Numbered from the stretch's first letter, positions 1 to 10,212 are shown. The stretch is DNA of 64,000 bases from Alphaproteobacteria bacterium (GCA_017475705.1 JAFVFB010000012.1:60525-124524); one strand, 5' to 3'. The notes: generated by a model not told the origin, from the letters alone. Program-made: numbers and translations.

Positions 1-52
1 GAACAATGCCAAAGGATATGCTTTTATAATAGGAATGGAGCTAAGTCTATAA

Positions 53-664
53 ATGGTGATAAATATTTTTTCAGATAATATTCTTTTTTTAGAAGACTTA
101 TCGCAACAAATAAGAATTAATGTTCCAGATAGCATAGTAGAAACAGAAAAATTATCAGAAAAAGCAGATGTCTTGATGCTAGATGAGCATTACAGCAATA
201 TGCCGCAGATTCTGAAACAAAGCAAAGATATTCCGATTGTTCTATTTTCAGCAAAAGGAGAAATCTCTGATATTGCAGATTTAGTTATAAAGAAGCCTTT
301 TAGCTTAAATTCTTTTATAGACGCCTTAAAAAATAATAAATTATTACCCAAAGTTCGCCACAAAGAATGTTTGCTTTTCAAGGAATACTGTGTCTATCCG
401 GTAAAAAAAGAAATTTTTTCTTCTATAACACAAAAAAACACAAAATTAACAGAAAAAGAAATCAATATTATCAAATATCTATATCAAATGGCTCCACAAA
501 TTGTAAGCAAAGAACAACTGTTAGAAAATGTTTGGGGCTATAGTGCGGAAGCAACCACCCACACAGTAGAAACACATATTTATCGATTACGCCAGAAAGT
601 TGAAATGGGTGGAGCCTCACAGCTTATCATTACAGAGAATAATGGATACAGATTAAATATATAG
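53..664 (+). CDS. OmpR-family winged-helix transcriptional regulator with atypical receiver-like N-terminal domain
   Basis: 203 aa. The C-terminus (LTEKEINIIKYL...VWGY...THTVETHIYRLRQKVE) matches the OmpR/PhoB wHTH pattern. The N-terminal ~110 aa is receiver-like but divergent. Confidence 0.55.
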   Translation: MVINIFSDNILFLEDLSQQIRINVPDSIVETEKLSEKADVLMLDEHYSNMPQILKQSKDIPIVLFSAKGEISDIADLVIKKPFSLNSFIDALKNNKLLPKVRHKECLLFKEYCVYPVKKEIFSSITQKNTKLTEKEINIIKYLYQMAPQIVSKEQLLENVWGYSAEATTHTVETHIYRLRQKVEMGGASQLIITENNGYRLNI

Positions 665-1684
665 CTACTTTGCTAAACCAAGCGGAGTAAATGTAAATCT
701 AATTTCTTTCCATTTATCATAGCTGGAGCCACTTTGTTTGGCTAAAACATTAAATACGCCATGAACATCTTGAGCAATGTGAATAGCCCGTTCTGCACTA
801 TCTGCTAAAGCTTGGAAATAAGTATCAGAACGATAACGCTTCATATCTTCAATTTCAACAGCTTGAATTACCCCTTCTTTTGTAAGCTTAACATTAATTA
901 CAACTTCTATATTGCGGTCGTCTTTCCCTCCGGCAATCGTTTTCCAACTCTCTTGAATTTTTGACTTAACAAAGTCAATACCGGATACAGACAATTCACT
1001 AAAATAAGATCCTTTGCTATTACCACCCTCAATACCTAAATTATTAACCGGCTCATCATAACGAACTTGTGCCGGCGCATCTTCTGCCCCAATTTGCTTT
1101 TGCAAATCGTCAACGGAATTCATTAGGCTTTCTAACGGATTGACTTTTTTAATTGGGGCATCTTTTTTCTTAGTTGGTTGAGCCGTATTAGCTTTATCCG
1201 AAGGCGTTGGTTTCTTTTTAGTCTCTGGTTTTTGAGCAGGTTTAATCTGAGGCTTCTTTTGGGGGATTGGTGCAGGCTTTTTCTTTTCTACTGGTTTTTT
1301 TTCTTCTTTACGAGGCTCCTCAACAGAATCTTCCATTTTGGGTGCATCTTCAATCAGCGATGGAGCCTTTATATCAGGTTCTTTAATGATTTCTGGTTCA
1401 GGTTCTTCTTTAACAACAGGTTCTGGTTCAGACTTTGATTGTTTAGGTGCTGCCATTTCTTCAACAGGCTTTTCTTTTCTTGTTGCGGGTTTTCTTTCTT
1501 CTCCGCGGATAGCTTTCTCCGGTATATTGGTTGTATCCGAGATAACGACATCATCAAGATTAACCAAGATGGGTGGCTGGTCTTCAAAATCATGTGTGCT
1601 TTTAAAATAAGGTAAGTCAAATACACATAGAATGAGAACAACTATGTGCAAAGCAACTGATTTATAGACGTACCTTTTTTGCAT
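665..1684 (-). CDS. tolA: TolA-like envelope-spanning protein
   Basis: 339 aa. N-terminal TM, a long E/P/K-rich low-complexity linker and a C-terminal globular domain. Lies immediately downstream of tolQ-tolR on the same strand. Confidence 0.6.
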   Translation of the reverse strand: MQKRYVYKSVALHIVVLILCVFDLPYFKSTHDFEDQPPILVNLDDVVISDTTNIPEKAIRGEERKPATRKEKPVEEMAAPKQSKSEPEPVVKEEPEPEIIKEPDIKAPSLIEDAPKMEDSVEEPRKEEKKPVEKKKPAPIPQKKPQIKPAQKPETKKKPTPSDKANTAQPTKKKDAPIKKVNPLESLMNSVDDLQKQIGAEDAPAQVRYDEPVNNLGIEGGNSKGSYFSELSVSGIDFVKSKIQESWKTIAGGKDDRNIEVVINVKLTKEGVIQAVEIEDMKRYRSDTYFQALADSAERAIHIAQDVHGVFNVLAKQSGSSYDKWKEIRFTFTPLGLAK

Positions 1685-1695
1685 AGATCAACCTT

Positions 1696-2121
1696 TTATT
1701 TCTGCTTCTGACGGGCTTCTGTTTTTAATCCAACTTTGCTAAAACCAGCCTCTTTTAATAAAGCCATAAGACCTATAACACGCCCATAAGCCGAAGAGGC
1801 ATCACCAGAGATTGTAATGGTAACATCATTATTTTCACCTTTAATTGCCATTATTTTATCAATAATTGTCTCTGGCTCAATAGCACTCTGGCCAATATAG
1901 TAGATACCATCTTTATCAACGCTAATGTTGATAGATGTTTCTTTACCATTTAAGGTTCCACCACCAACTTTAGGCAAGTCCAAAGGAATACCGGAGGTCA
2001 TAAGTGGCGCAGCAACCATAAAAACAACCAGTAGAACCATCATGACATCCATAAGGTTAGTCATATTTATATTAGCATTACGGCGGCTATTTTTTCTGAT
2101 GCTTTTTCCGTTAATAATCAT
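1696..2121 (-). CDS. tolR: TolR/ExbD biopolymer transport protein
   Basis: 141 aa with a single N-terminal TM (MMVLLVVFMVAAPL) and a periplasmic domain. Sits in tolQ-tolR-tolA order. Confidence 0.8.
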   Translation of the reverse strand: MIINGKSIRKNSRRNANINMTNLMDVMMVLLVVFMVAAPLMTSGIPLDLPKVGGGTLNGKETSINISVDKDGIYYIGQSAIEPETIIDKIMAIKGENNDVTITISGDASSAYGRVIGLMALLKEAGFSKVGLKTEARQKQK

Positions 2122-2123
2122 AG

Positions 2124-2858
2124 TTATTCTCCAGCCATTTCCGCACGAATTGTCGTATCGTCAATCTCACGAGATAAAATACTAGAAAATTCAGCCATAA
2201 AGTTATCAAGAGTTTTGGCGTAGCGTTCGATGTCAGAAGTAATAATGTTATATGCTACATAAGCTGGAATTGCCGCAATCAGCCCAAAGGCAGTGGTAAA
2301 TAAAGCTTCAGCAATACCTGGAGCAATAGATGTTAGTGAATTGCTCTGTGTTTGAGCAATAGCATTAAAGCAAGAAATAATCCCCCAAACTGTACCAAAA
2401 AGTCCAACCAATGGAGCCACAGAACCTGTAGAAGCCAAAAAGCCGAGATGATTATCAAGTTCATCTAACTCTTTATCCATAGAAACCATCATCGCTTTTT
2501 CGATTCGTTGTTGTAAAGAAACACCTCTCAAGCCTCTATCTGTTTTGGATTTCATAATATTCGTACGACGCCATTCCTTCATTGCTGCAACAAACATAGC
2601 AGACATAGGGTCTTGGGGATTGCCGATAGAATCATATAATTTATCTAAAGAACCGCCAGACCAAAAGCGCTCTTCAAAAAGTTTAGAAAGTTTTTTAACT
2701 TGGCGTAAGGTATTAAATTTTTCAAAGATGATAGCCCAAGACCAAATAGATGCAGCAATTAATCCAATCATAACTGCTTTTGTAATAAGGTCAGAAGACC
2801 ACACCATGCTCCACATAGAAATTTGGTTTGCGACTTCATTAGCTGCTTGTGTATCCAT
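2124..2858 (-). CDS. tolQ: TolQ/ExbB/MotA family proton channel
   Basis: 244 aa with 3 TM. The conserved C-terminal segment (GLFGTVWGII..F...A...SL..IAPGIAEALFTTAFGL) is present. Confidence 0.85.
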   Translation of the reverse strand: MDTQAANEVANQISMWSMVWSSDLITKAVMIGLIAASIWSWAIIFEKFNTLRQVKKLSKLFEERFWSGGSLDKLYDSIGNPQDPMSAMFVAAMKEWRRTNIMKSKTDRGLRGVSLQQRIEKAMMVSMDKELDELDNHLGFLASTGSVAPLVGLFGTVWGIISCFNAIAQTQSNSLTSIAPGIAEALFTTAFGLIAAIPAYVAYNIITSDIERYAKTLDNFMAEFSSILSREIDDTTIRAEMAGE

Positions 2859-2979
2859 TTTTTTCCTCGTTGTTTATTAAATGCAAATTCTCTGAACATA
2901 CCCTTTATCATATAATTGTAAAAAAACAACTAATTAAAACAAAAAATCGTCTCCAAGCAAAGCTTGAAAACGATTTTTT

Positions 2980-3339
2980 TTATAAGCTACCTGCCATCAA
3001 CCTCAAGAAATTATATCCAACATAGATAATAACAAATCCCACAAACAGAAAGGAAATGACACCAATAGCAATCAGAATCCAATGTCCGAAAATTTTATTG
3101 ATTCCTGTCAACCAATAAAGAAAAAACAAGACCCAAAATAAAATTTTTCTCATGGACCATCCGTGGCTATGCACAAAACTCAGCAAACCGCTAAATATAT
3201 TTTCCAGAAAGCCACATTTCATTAGCAACCAAACACTCACCCAAGCACATATAGCGGCCCAGATGAAAGCAAAGATAGACTCTTTCATAATACACACAAT
3301 AACTATTATTTGAGCAGAAAAATAGCACTGTCCAAACAA
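2980..3339 (-). CDS. small integral membrane protein, hypothetical
   Basis: 119 aa ORF with about 4 hydrophobic helices. It occupies the position upstream of tolQ where ybgC is usually found. Confidence 0.35.
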   Translation of the reverse strand: MFGQCYFSAQIIVIVCIMKESIFAFIWAAICAWVSVWLLMKCGFLENIFSGLLSFVHSHGWSMRKILFWVLFFLYWLTGINKIFGHWILIAIGVISFLFVGFVIIYVGYNFLRLMAGSL

Positions 3340-3354
3340 AAATCAAGAAAAATA

Positions 3355-4026
3355 TTAAAATGCAGAAGCCGAAGGTGATTTTTCATCAACAATAGCATCT
3401 TGCCAACGAATTCTTTCTGCACACTCTTTATCATTTGCCCCAACAATTTTGCATTTATGTATATCGATATCTGGAGCGCCGGTTAAATTATAACAAATAT
3501 CACCAATGGTACGAATAGAATGCGTATCTGTCCCTAGAGGTTTTACGTCTCTAAAAATAAAAGCAAAAGTACGCTGTGAATATATTAGATTTAAAGCTAA
3601 AATCCGAAGATGATGATTAAGTTTCGATTTTAACGTAACAGTAAAAGAACAAGAAGGCTGCTGAAAAGCATTTTGAGCAAAATGAAAGCTTCCTTTTGTA
3701 ACCCCAACCAAAAGCTCACCTTCAAGCGGTGGAAGAGGTTCATTGCGCCGTTCTATAGAATTCATCGCTCCTGTTCTTTTTATACTATCTGCCACAACAT
3801 CCATAGCATCATCAAACGTCTTTACTTTTGTGACATCTCTATCTTCTTCGGAGTAATCACTGAACAATTCGTTAAATAAAGCTTCGTCTTGGTCCGTCGC
3901 GTCAGGACGAATCTCTTGCTCAGCAAGAGCCGCATCTTCATCAAGAACTTGCGCCAAACTATTGCGAAAAAGACCGACACAACAGATTAAGACCAAAAGA
4001 AGAAACGCGAACCTATTCATGCGCAA
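3355..4026 (-). CDS. secreted hypothetical protein (signal peptide, Cys-rich C-terminus)
   Basis: 223 aa. N-terminal signal peptide (MRMNRFAFLLLVLICCVGLF...A-QV). No recognisable catalytic motif. Confidence 0.45.
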   Translation of the reverse strand: MRMNRFAFLLLVLICCVGLFRNSLAQVLDEDAALAEQEIRPDATDQDEALFNELFSDYSEEDRDVTKVKTFDDAMDVVADSIKRTGAMNSIERRNEPLPPLEGELLVGVTKGSFHFAQNAFQQPSCSFTVTLKSKLNHHLRILALNLIYSQRTFAFIFRDVKPLGTDTHSIRTIGDICYNLTGAPDIDIHKCKIVGANDKECAERIRWQDAIVDEKSPSASAF

Positions 4027-4033
4027 GCCCTAA

Positions 4034-4768
4034 TTAATTGATATTGTGCAAAGTTTTATCAGAAGTACCTAAGTTTTCAACAATTTTGTTAATAACAGTA
4101 TCAATATCTGACAGCTCATTAAGCTCTATAGCTTTATCTTGAGCAGCTAAATCTGTTGCCGAAAGTTTTTTGAATTGTCCAAAATACTCAGGGTTAGAAA
4201 TACTGACAAATTGGAACATCTGCGAGCATTCTTTGTTATTAAGAGCTTTGCCTGCGTTATTATCAATGTTACGAGCAATGTCACAAGGAGATATAGTGTA
4301 AGATGCATCGCTAAGCATCAGATAGCATTTTTCAGTATCAACATGAGAATGAATAGAAATTTGCTTATCAGCACCAAATGCATTAACTGTTATTGCTGTC
4401 TTTAACGGTTCAGCAGGGGCATCTTCGCCAATAAGGTCCTTCTGGTTAGCAAATTCATCAGCACTCATAATTGATGCCATATAGCGATCAAATTTAAATC
4501 GCTCATCAACCACATCATTCCACTGCATATTAATCGTAAAAGAACGGAAATTAACAGCGGTTCTATTGTAAAGGGTAACAGTATAATCACAACCGGTGAC
4601 TACGCCATCTTGTGTGACCGGCGTAATGTCATGAACCTTAAAAATAACAGCATCATTACGCGTTGTTTGTTCTGGTTCAGGAGCTTTCTCTACCGCATAA
4701 GCAGGCATAGACGCCAATGCCAAGCAACCAAAAGTTAAAGAGACTAGAGACTTAAAAGATTTTTCCAT
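4034..4768 (-). CDS. secreted hypothetical protein
   Basis: 244 aa. Signal peptide ending ...LASMPAYA-VEK. Paired cysteines are present. Confidence 0.45.
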   Translation of the reverse strand: MEKSFKSLVSLTFGCLALASMPAYAVEKAPEPEQTTRNDAVIFKVHDITPVTQDGVVTGCDYTVTLYNRTAVNFRSFTINMQWNDVVDERFKFDRYMASIMSADEFANQKDLIGEDAPAEPLKTAITVNAFGADKQISIHSHVDTEKCYLMLSDASYTISPCDIARNIDNNAGKALNNKECSQMFQFVSISNPEYFGQFKKLSATDLAAQDKAIELNELSDIDTVINKIVENLGTSDKTLHNIN

Positions 4769-4841
4769 GTCGAAACCTCATATTTCGTAATTTATGAGGT
4801 CATAATAAACAAAGAGTGTTTAATTTTTATTAATTCCTAAA

Positions 4842-5654
4842 TTATTTTAATTCATCAATTTTTCTTTTAAGGCGTAACAAATCTGTCCAGGCCTTAGCTT
4901 TTTGTGCAGAACTACGAAGCAAATAGGAAGGATGATACGTTGCAAGAACCTGTATATTCTTATTTTCTACAGAATATTCTAACCATTTTCCACGTGTTCT
5001 TGAAATAGAGTCACTACAATCCATAACAGCCTTTAGGGCTATTCCACCAAGTAGCAATATAATATCTGGATGAATAAGCTCTATTTGTCTTTTCAAGAAA
5101 GGTAAACAAACAGCAATTTCATCGTCCGTAGGAGTTCGATTCCCTGGCGGTCTCCAAGGCAAAACATTAGTAATATAACATTCTTTACGGTTAAATCCTA
5201 TAGCTGCCAGCATTTTATCTAAAAGTCTACCGCACCTTCCTACAAAAGGTAAACCGATTCGATCTTCATCTGCACCTGGTGCTTCTCCTATCAGCATAAT
5301 TTTTGCTGTAGCTGAACCATCACCAAACACAGTTGAAGCAGCTGTATCTTTAAGATTACAGCCGTCAAACGCAAGCATAACAGACTTAAGCTCATCAAGA
5401 GTTTCAACCTTAGCACAAATATCTCGAGCATTTTTCAATGCCGTCAAATTAGTGGAATTTGAATGCACTGGCCGGGATAAAGTATTTTGCACAGTTACTT
5501 TGGATATTGAATTATAGCTTATAGCTGGCTTTTTTTCTAAATTTTCAGACAGGCACACTTTATCCGCGCAGATTTCATCAACCCCCGCCCATAAATACCA
5601 ATCAAGTGTTTCCACAATGTTAATTTGCTTATCCATTAGAACTATTTTTAACAT
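4842..5654 (-). CDS. uracil-DNA glycosylase, family 4, with N-terminal extension
   Basis: 270 aa. Family-4 UDG motifs are present: GEAPGADEDRIGLPFVGRCGRLLDKML and HPDIILLLGGIALK. Confidence 0.8.
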   Translation of the reverse strand: MLKIVLMDKQINIVETLDWYLWAGVDEICADKVCLSENLEKKPAISYNSISKVTVQNTLSRPVHSNSTNLTALKNARDICAKVETLDELKSVMLAFDGCNLKDTAASTVFGDGSATAKIMLIGEAPGADEDRIGLPFVGRCGRLLDKMLAAIGFNRKECYITNVLPWRPPGNRTPTDDEIAVCLPFLKRQIELIHPDIILLLGGIALKAVMDCSDSISRTRGKWLEYSVENKNIQVLATYHPSYLLRSSAQKAKAWTDLLRLKRKIDELK

Positions 5655-5768
5655 ATTACACTTTTTATTGCAATATAAAGCAATTATTTACACAAATATA
5701 ATAAATTTAGTTTAAAGTTAAGAGAAAAGTGATAATCTACATCAATAAATATAGGATTGTGACAACAA

Positions 5769-7553
5769 ATGTTAAAAGCAAGCTACATTATAACCTTACT
5801 AGGCGGAATAGGGATATTTAATTCTTGTACGGGGAATTTTATTAATTTGCCCAAACATCAAGAGTATACAATATCAAAAGCAGAAGAGTCATTATATGGA
5901 AATTATTTAGCCGGGAGAGTTGCTCATATCCGTCAAGAGTATGATGTTGCCTCAAAATACTACGTAAAAACCATAGAAAGAGGGTTTGTTAATGATGATA
6001 TATTAAACAAAACCTATATTATTTTAGCCTCACAAGGCAATATCGATGAAGCTGTAAAATATGCCAATATGTCACGAGATAAAGGGGATAAAAACAATTT
6101 TATTGATGTCATCAATGCCGTCCATTTATTTAAACAAAATAATTACAAAGATGCACGCAAACAGCTAGAGAGAATTAATGAAAAGACATACAAAAATTTA
6201 ATATCTCCACTATTTAATGCATGGAGTTATGTTGGCGAAAATAATTATAACAAAGCTACAAATGAGCTGCAAAAAATATCTTCCGCAGAAGAAATGAAAA
6301 CCGTATACAATTTGCATCGAGGATTGGTGGCAGAAATTTTTGGCTATGAGCAGGAGGCAGAAGGTTTTTATAACAAAATTATAAATGATAAGACAACAGA
6401 TATGTCTTTTCGAGCGTTGCAAATTATTTCTAACTTTTTGGTACGCCAAGGGCAAAAAGAAAAAGCTCTTTCTCTAATAACCAAATACTATGGTTCAAGT
6501 AACATGAAAGAGATGCTGTCAAGCTTGAGTGATAAGATAAAATCAGGTGATGAAAGGACTTCTGCAATAGTAAAAACAGCGGATATTGGCGTTAGCGAAG
6601 TCTTTCTTGAGGTTGCTCTTTTGTTCAAAGCTGTTCCTGTTGGGTACGACTATGCACAAATGTATATGGCAATTTCACAATATTTTAATCCAAACAATGA
6701 TATTGCCAAAATAGCAATGGCGGATATTTGTGAAGAAAGGCAGATGTATAATCAGGCCAATAAATATTACGATTCTATCAGCAAAAAATCAGAAATGTAT
6801 TATCCGGCACAAATCAAAAAAGCAAATAATCTCTCAAATGAGAAGAAATATGATGCAGCTGTTAAGGTGCTGAAAAAGTTATTACGAAACAACCCAAATA
6901 ACTTTCAGATACTATCAAATTTAGGAGATATTTTGCGTATGAGCAATAATCAGCCAGACGCAATAAAATATTATAAAGAGGCTTTAAAATCTATTTTTTA
7001 TGAAAGTGAAAAACATTGGCCTTTATATTATGCACTAGCTGTCTCGTATGACCGCAATAACGAATGGAACAAGGCTGAAGAAAATCTCAAAAAAGCCTTA
7101 GATCTAAGTAATCGCCACCCGCAAGTCTTGAATTATTTGGGATATTCGTGGTTAAAAAACAATATAAATGTAGATAAGGCGGCCTCACTAATCCTAGAAG
7201 CCTATGAAAAAGAACCAAATGATGGGATAATAATGGATAGCCTTGGATGGGTGTATTTTAAAACAGGTGACTATAAAAATGCAATTTCTTACTTGGAAAA
7301 AGCATCAGAACTTAATCCACAAAATGCAATTATCAGTGACCACTTAGGAGATGCTTATTGGCTCGGTGGCCGCAAAAATGAAGCTATTTTCTTATGGAAG
7401 CAGTCATTGCATCAAAAAGAAAATCAAGAAGAACTAAATCCTAGAGTAATCAAACATAAAATACAAAATGGGTTAAAAAACATTGAAGCCTTGCAAATCA
7501 AAGACGAAAAACTGAAACAAAGCCTTCATAGTCTAAATGATATTGCAGACTAA
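5769..7553 (+). CDS. TPR-repeat lipoprotein
   Basis: 594 aa. Lipobox (IFNSC). Multiple TPR-like repeats (...AIKYYKEALK..., ...NAISYLEKASELNPQNA...). Confidence 0.6.
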   Translation: MLKASYIITLLGGIGIFNSCTGNFINLPKHQEYTISKAEESLYGNYLAGRVAHIRQEYDVASKYYVKTIERGFVNDDILNKTYIILASQGNIDEAVKYANMSRDKGDKNNFIDVINAVHLFKQNNYKDARKQLERINEKTYKNLISPLFNAWSYVGENNYNKATNELQKISSAEEMKTVYNLHRGLVAEIFGYEQEAEGFYNKIINDKTTDMSFRALQIISNFLVRQGQKEKALSLITKYYGSSNMKEMLSSLSDKIKSGDERTSAIVKTADIGVSEVFLEVALLFKAVPVGYDYAQMYMAISQYFNPNNDIAKIAMADICEERQMYNQANKYYDSISKKSEMYYPAQIKKANNLSNEKKYDAAVKVLKKLLRNNPNNFQILSNLGDILRMSNNQPDAIKYYKEALKSIFYESEKHWPLYYALAVSYDRNNEWNKAEENLKKALDLSNRHPQVLNYLGYSWLKNNINVDKAASLILEAYEKEPNDGIIMDSLGWVYFKTGDYKNAISYLEKASELNPQNAIISDHLGDAYWLGGRKNEAIFLWKQSLHQKENQEELNPRVIKHKIQNGLKNIEALQIKDEKLKQSLHSLNDIAD

Positions 7554-7558
7554 ATCTC

Positions 7559-8938
7559 CTATTTTTGATATTTTGAGATAAGAGACTTTAGATCTTGAGC
7601 TAACTTTTCAACCAAATGAACATCAGTTCCTTCAACCCGAAGCTTGATAACCGGTTCTGTCCCAGACTTTCTTGCAATAAGATTACTATCATTGCCTAAT
7701 GCCGCCTTTGCTTTATTTAATGCCTGCTTAACATCTTCATGCTCAACGCTTTCCATCATGTATTCTTTAGAAGAAAAACGAATGTTTTCAATTTTGCAGG
7801 GATAAGGTTTAAAGATAGGGAATATTTCACTCATCTTTCTCCCATCTTCTAAATAAGCTAATGATAAAACAACCGCGACAGCAAGGGCATCACCACTTCT
7901 TGCATAATCTGCCAAGACAATATGTCCAACCAATTCTCCGCCCAAAACTGCATCTTTTTCGCGCATCAAATCTATAACATAGCGTTCTCCAACTTTGCTT
8001 TTATAGTGCGCAAAGCCATGGGCTGCCAGAAATTTTCCAAGTCCTAAATTAGACCATTCAGTGCTAATAACAATATCATTCTTTAGTTTATTATGCTTTT
8101 TCAAATACTGCGCCAAAAAACATAGCAACTGATCGCCGTCAATAATTTGCCCACAATCATCAATCAAAATTATTCTATCTCCGTCACCATCAACGGCCAA
8201 ACCAAAATGTGCGTGTGAATCTTTAACAACTTGTGAAAGCTGCTCTGTGTGCTGCGATCCGCAGTCTTTATTAATATTATAGCCATCTGGAGCATTATTA
8301 ATTGCAATAATACCAGCGCCCAAATCCTTAAGTACTTGAGGAAAAATTTGATAATAGGCCCCATTTGCACAATCGAGAACGATTCGCAGCCCTCTTAGTG
8401 CCGCATAACTAGGAGCAATTTGGCGTATTCTCTCACAGTATGCTTCAACTATATTAACGGACTTTTCAACACGTCCAAGGGGGGAAGGGCTTTTATTTTT
8501 GTTATCGTTTCTATTATTGGTTGAGTTATTTTTTTGCTTATTATCTAAAAGCCCTTCAACTCTGGCATAAAACTTATCTGGAAACTTATCACCATTCTTA
8601 TCAATGAGCTTTATGCCGTTATCTTGATATGGATTATGCGATGCTGTAATCATTATCGCCATATCAACATCTAAATGCGGAACAGAATTTGTAATCAAAG
8701 GTGTTGGTACGATTCCAAGAGAAATTACGGAAACACCATTGGCTGTAAAGCCAGCTGTTAATGATGCTTCAAGCATATCACCAGAAATTCTAGTATCCTT
8801 GCCAATAGCAACTTTCTTTTTTTCATGGCAGACTTCAAGACTCAGAATTTCAGCTAAATCAAAAGCAAATTCCGCAATCATCGGGTATTGATTCGCAATA
8901 CCACGAACTCCATCCGTTCCAAATAATTTGTTAACCAT
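7559..8938 (-). CDS. glmM: phosphoglucosamine mutase
   Basis: 459 aa. N-terminus FGTDGVRG and phosphoserine loop TASHNPYQDNGIK. Carries an Asn/Lys-rich low-complexity insertion. Confidence 0.9.
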   Translation of the reverse strand: MVNKLFGTDGVRGIANQYPMIAEFAFDLAEILSLEVCHEKKKVAIGKDTRISGDMLEASLTAGFTANGVSVISLGIVPTPLITNSVPHLDVDMAIMITASHNPYQDNGIKLIDKNGDKFPDKFYARVEGLLDNKQKNNSTNNRNDNKNKSPSPLGRVEKSVNIVEAYCERIRQIAPSYAALRGLRIVLDCANGAYYQIFPQVLKDLGAGIIAINNAPDGYNINKDCGSQHTEQLSQVVKDSHAHFGLAVDGDGDRIILIDDCGQIIDGDQLLCFLAQYLKKHNKLKNDIVISTEWSNLGLGKFLAAHGFAHYKSKVGERYVIDLMREKDAVLGGELVGHIVLADYARSGDALAVAVVLSLAYLEDGRKMSEIFPIFKPYPCKIENIRFSSKEYMMESVEHEDVKQALNKAKAALGNDSNLIARKSGTEPVIKLRVEGTDVHLVEKLAQDLKSLISKYQK

Positions 8939-9027
8939 TAGTCGCAGCTCCTATCTTGTTTGAATATCTAAAAGCTAAAGCCTTCCAAACAAGATTGCAA
9001 GCTTTTATATAAGGGTTGTTGCCAATT

Positions 9028-9645
9028 TTAAAAAACGTATCTAACACCCATATATACTTCATGGTCGGTAATATCTGTACGACCATTATGCATGGATAGA
9101 TCACCCATATCATAATAGCGATAACCAACATCAAGATTCCAATGATTTGTCAATTTTGCAGATAGTCCTGCACCTAATGACCAAGTAAAGCTATTATCTT
9201 TTATAGAATACTTCGTGTCGGCAGTTATATTACGAAAACGCAATTTATTGCGAGTATAACCTACACCAGCATCAATAAATGGCGTAAACCAGTAATTAGG
9301 AAAGAAGTCATAATAGACAACAAACATATAAGAATGAGATTTAAATTCAGCTTTATTCAAACCTATAATTGTCTCTTTGTTTTTTCTTCTCCATACATAT
9401 TCAATTTCTGCACGGAAGTGGCTGTACCGATAACCTAGAGCACCACTTGCCATAAATCTGTCTTTGTCAATAACGTAGTCTGTAGCATCATCACGAACAT
9501 TACTCCGATTATCATCAACTTCATAATTAGCAACACCACCTCGGCCAGCGAGGTAGAAGCCATCACAGCCGGCATAAGCTGGCATTGCCGCACAAATAGA
9601 AGTTGTGGCTAAAAGAGCTACAGCAAAATTAGATCTTTTTATCAT
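9028..9645 (-). CDS. Omp25/Omp31-family outer-membrane beta-barrel protein
   Basis: 205 aa. Signal peptide ...AMPAYA. Alternating beta-strand pattern with an aromatic-rich C-terminus ending in F, typical of the Rhizobiales Omp25/Omp31 family. Confidence 0.8.
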   Translation of the reverse strand: MIKRSNFAVALLATTSICAAMPAYAGCDGFYLAGRGGVANYEVDDNRSNVRDDATDYVIDKDRFMASGALGYRYSHFRAEIEYVWRRKNKETIIGLNKAEFKSHSYMFVVYYDFFPNYWFTPFIDAGVGYTRNKLRFRNITADTKYSIKDNSFTWSLGAGLSAKLTNHWNLDVGYRYYDMGDLSMHNGRTDITDHEVYMGVRYVF

Positions 9646-9795
9646 AAAAAAACTCCATAGTTAAGTTCAAAGTAACTATAGACAAAATATCACAAATTTT
9701 AAACAAAACAAGTAAAAAATTAAAAAACTGTAAAAAAAATAAAAAAAGAACGTCAAAATATAAATTTAGAACTTAATGGTATTGATTTTTAAGAT

Positions 9796-10162
9796 ATAAA
9801 ATGATAGAAAATCCCCAAGGTGGTCGGATAGCTGCGTTGATTTTTTTTCAATGAGGAAAGTCCGAGCGTCGTGGAAACATGATACCGGATAACGTCCGGC
9901 TGGAGAAATCCAAGGGAAAGTGCCACAGAAAATTACCGCCAAATTTATTTGGTAAGGTTGAAAAGGCGAGGTAAGAGCTCACCGCGCACATAGTAATATG
10001 TGTGGCAAGGTAAACCCTATCTGACGCAAGACCAAATTAGGAGAGCGGCTTCGCCGTTTCATAGAGCGTTTCCACTCTACTCCAGAGGTAGGTCGCACGA
10101 GCAGGCTGGCAACAGTTTGCCTAGATGAATAGCTATCGCTTAGAATCTTCACTATTTTAGCG
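9796..10162 (+). ncRNA. rnpB: RNase P RNA (bacterial type A)
   Basis: Conserved blocks GGAAAGTCCGAGC (P4 5' strand), AGGGAAAGTGCCACAGAAA, GGTAAGAGCTCACCGCGC and GCCTAGATGAATAGCTATCGC (P2/P4 3' strands) are present. Ends are approximate (about ±15 nt). The minus-strand ORFs overlapping this region are spurious. Confidence 0.8.
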
Positions 10163-10212
10163 AAGCAAATGATAAGTACAAAACTCGGCTTATAGACCAC
10201 CTAATTTTTTTA

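Noticed and set aside
1178-1641. Three ORFs (86-90 aa) inside or antisense to tolA
   Set aside because: They lie entirely within the low-complexity E/P/K-rich tolA region. They are artefacts of the repetitive codon composition.
8931-9134. 67-aa ORF between glmM and the Omp25-like gene
   Set aside because: It overlaps the 3' end of the Omp25/Omp31 gene on the same strand in another frame. It has no RBS and is hydrophobic junk.
9796-10162. Possibility that the structured RNA is tmRNA or SRP RNA
   Set aside because: The GGAAAGTCCG, AGGGAAAGTGCCACAG and GGTAAGAGC..CACC blocks are RNase P-specific. No tmRNA tag-ORF or SRP domain IV motif is present.
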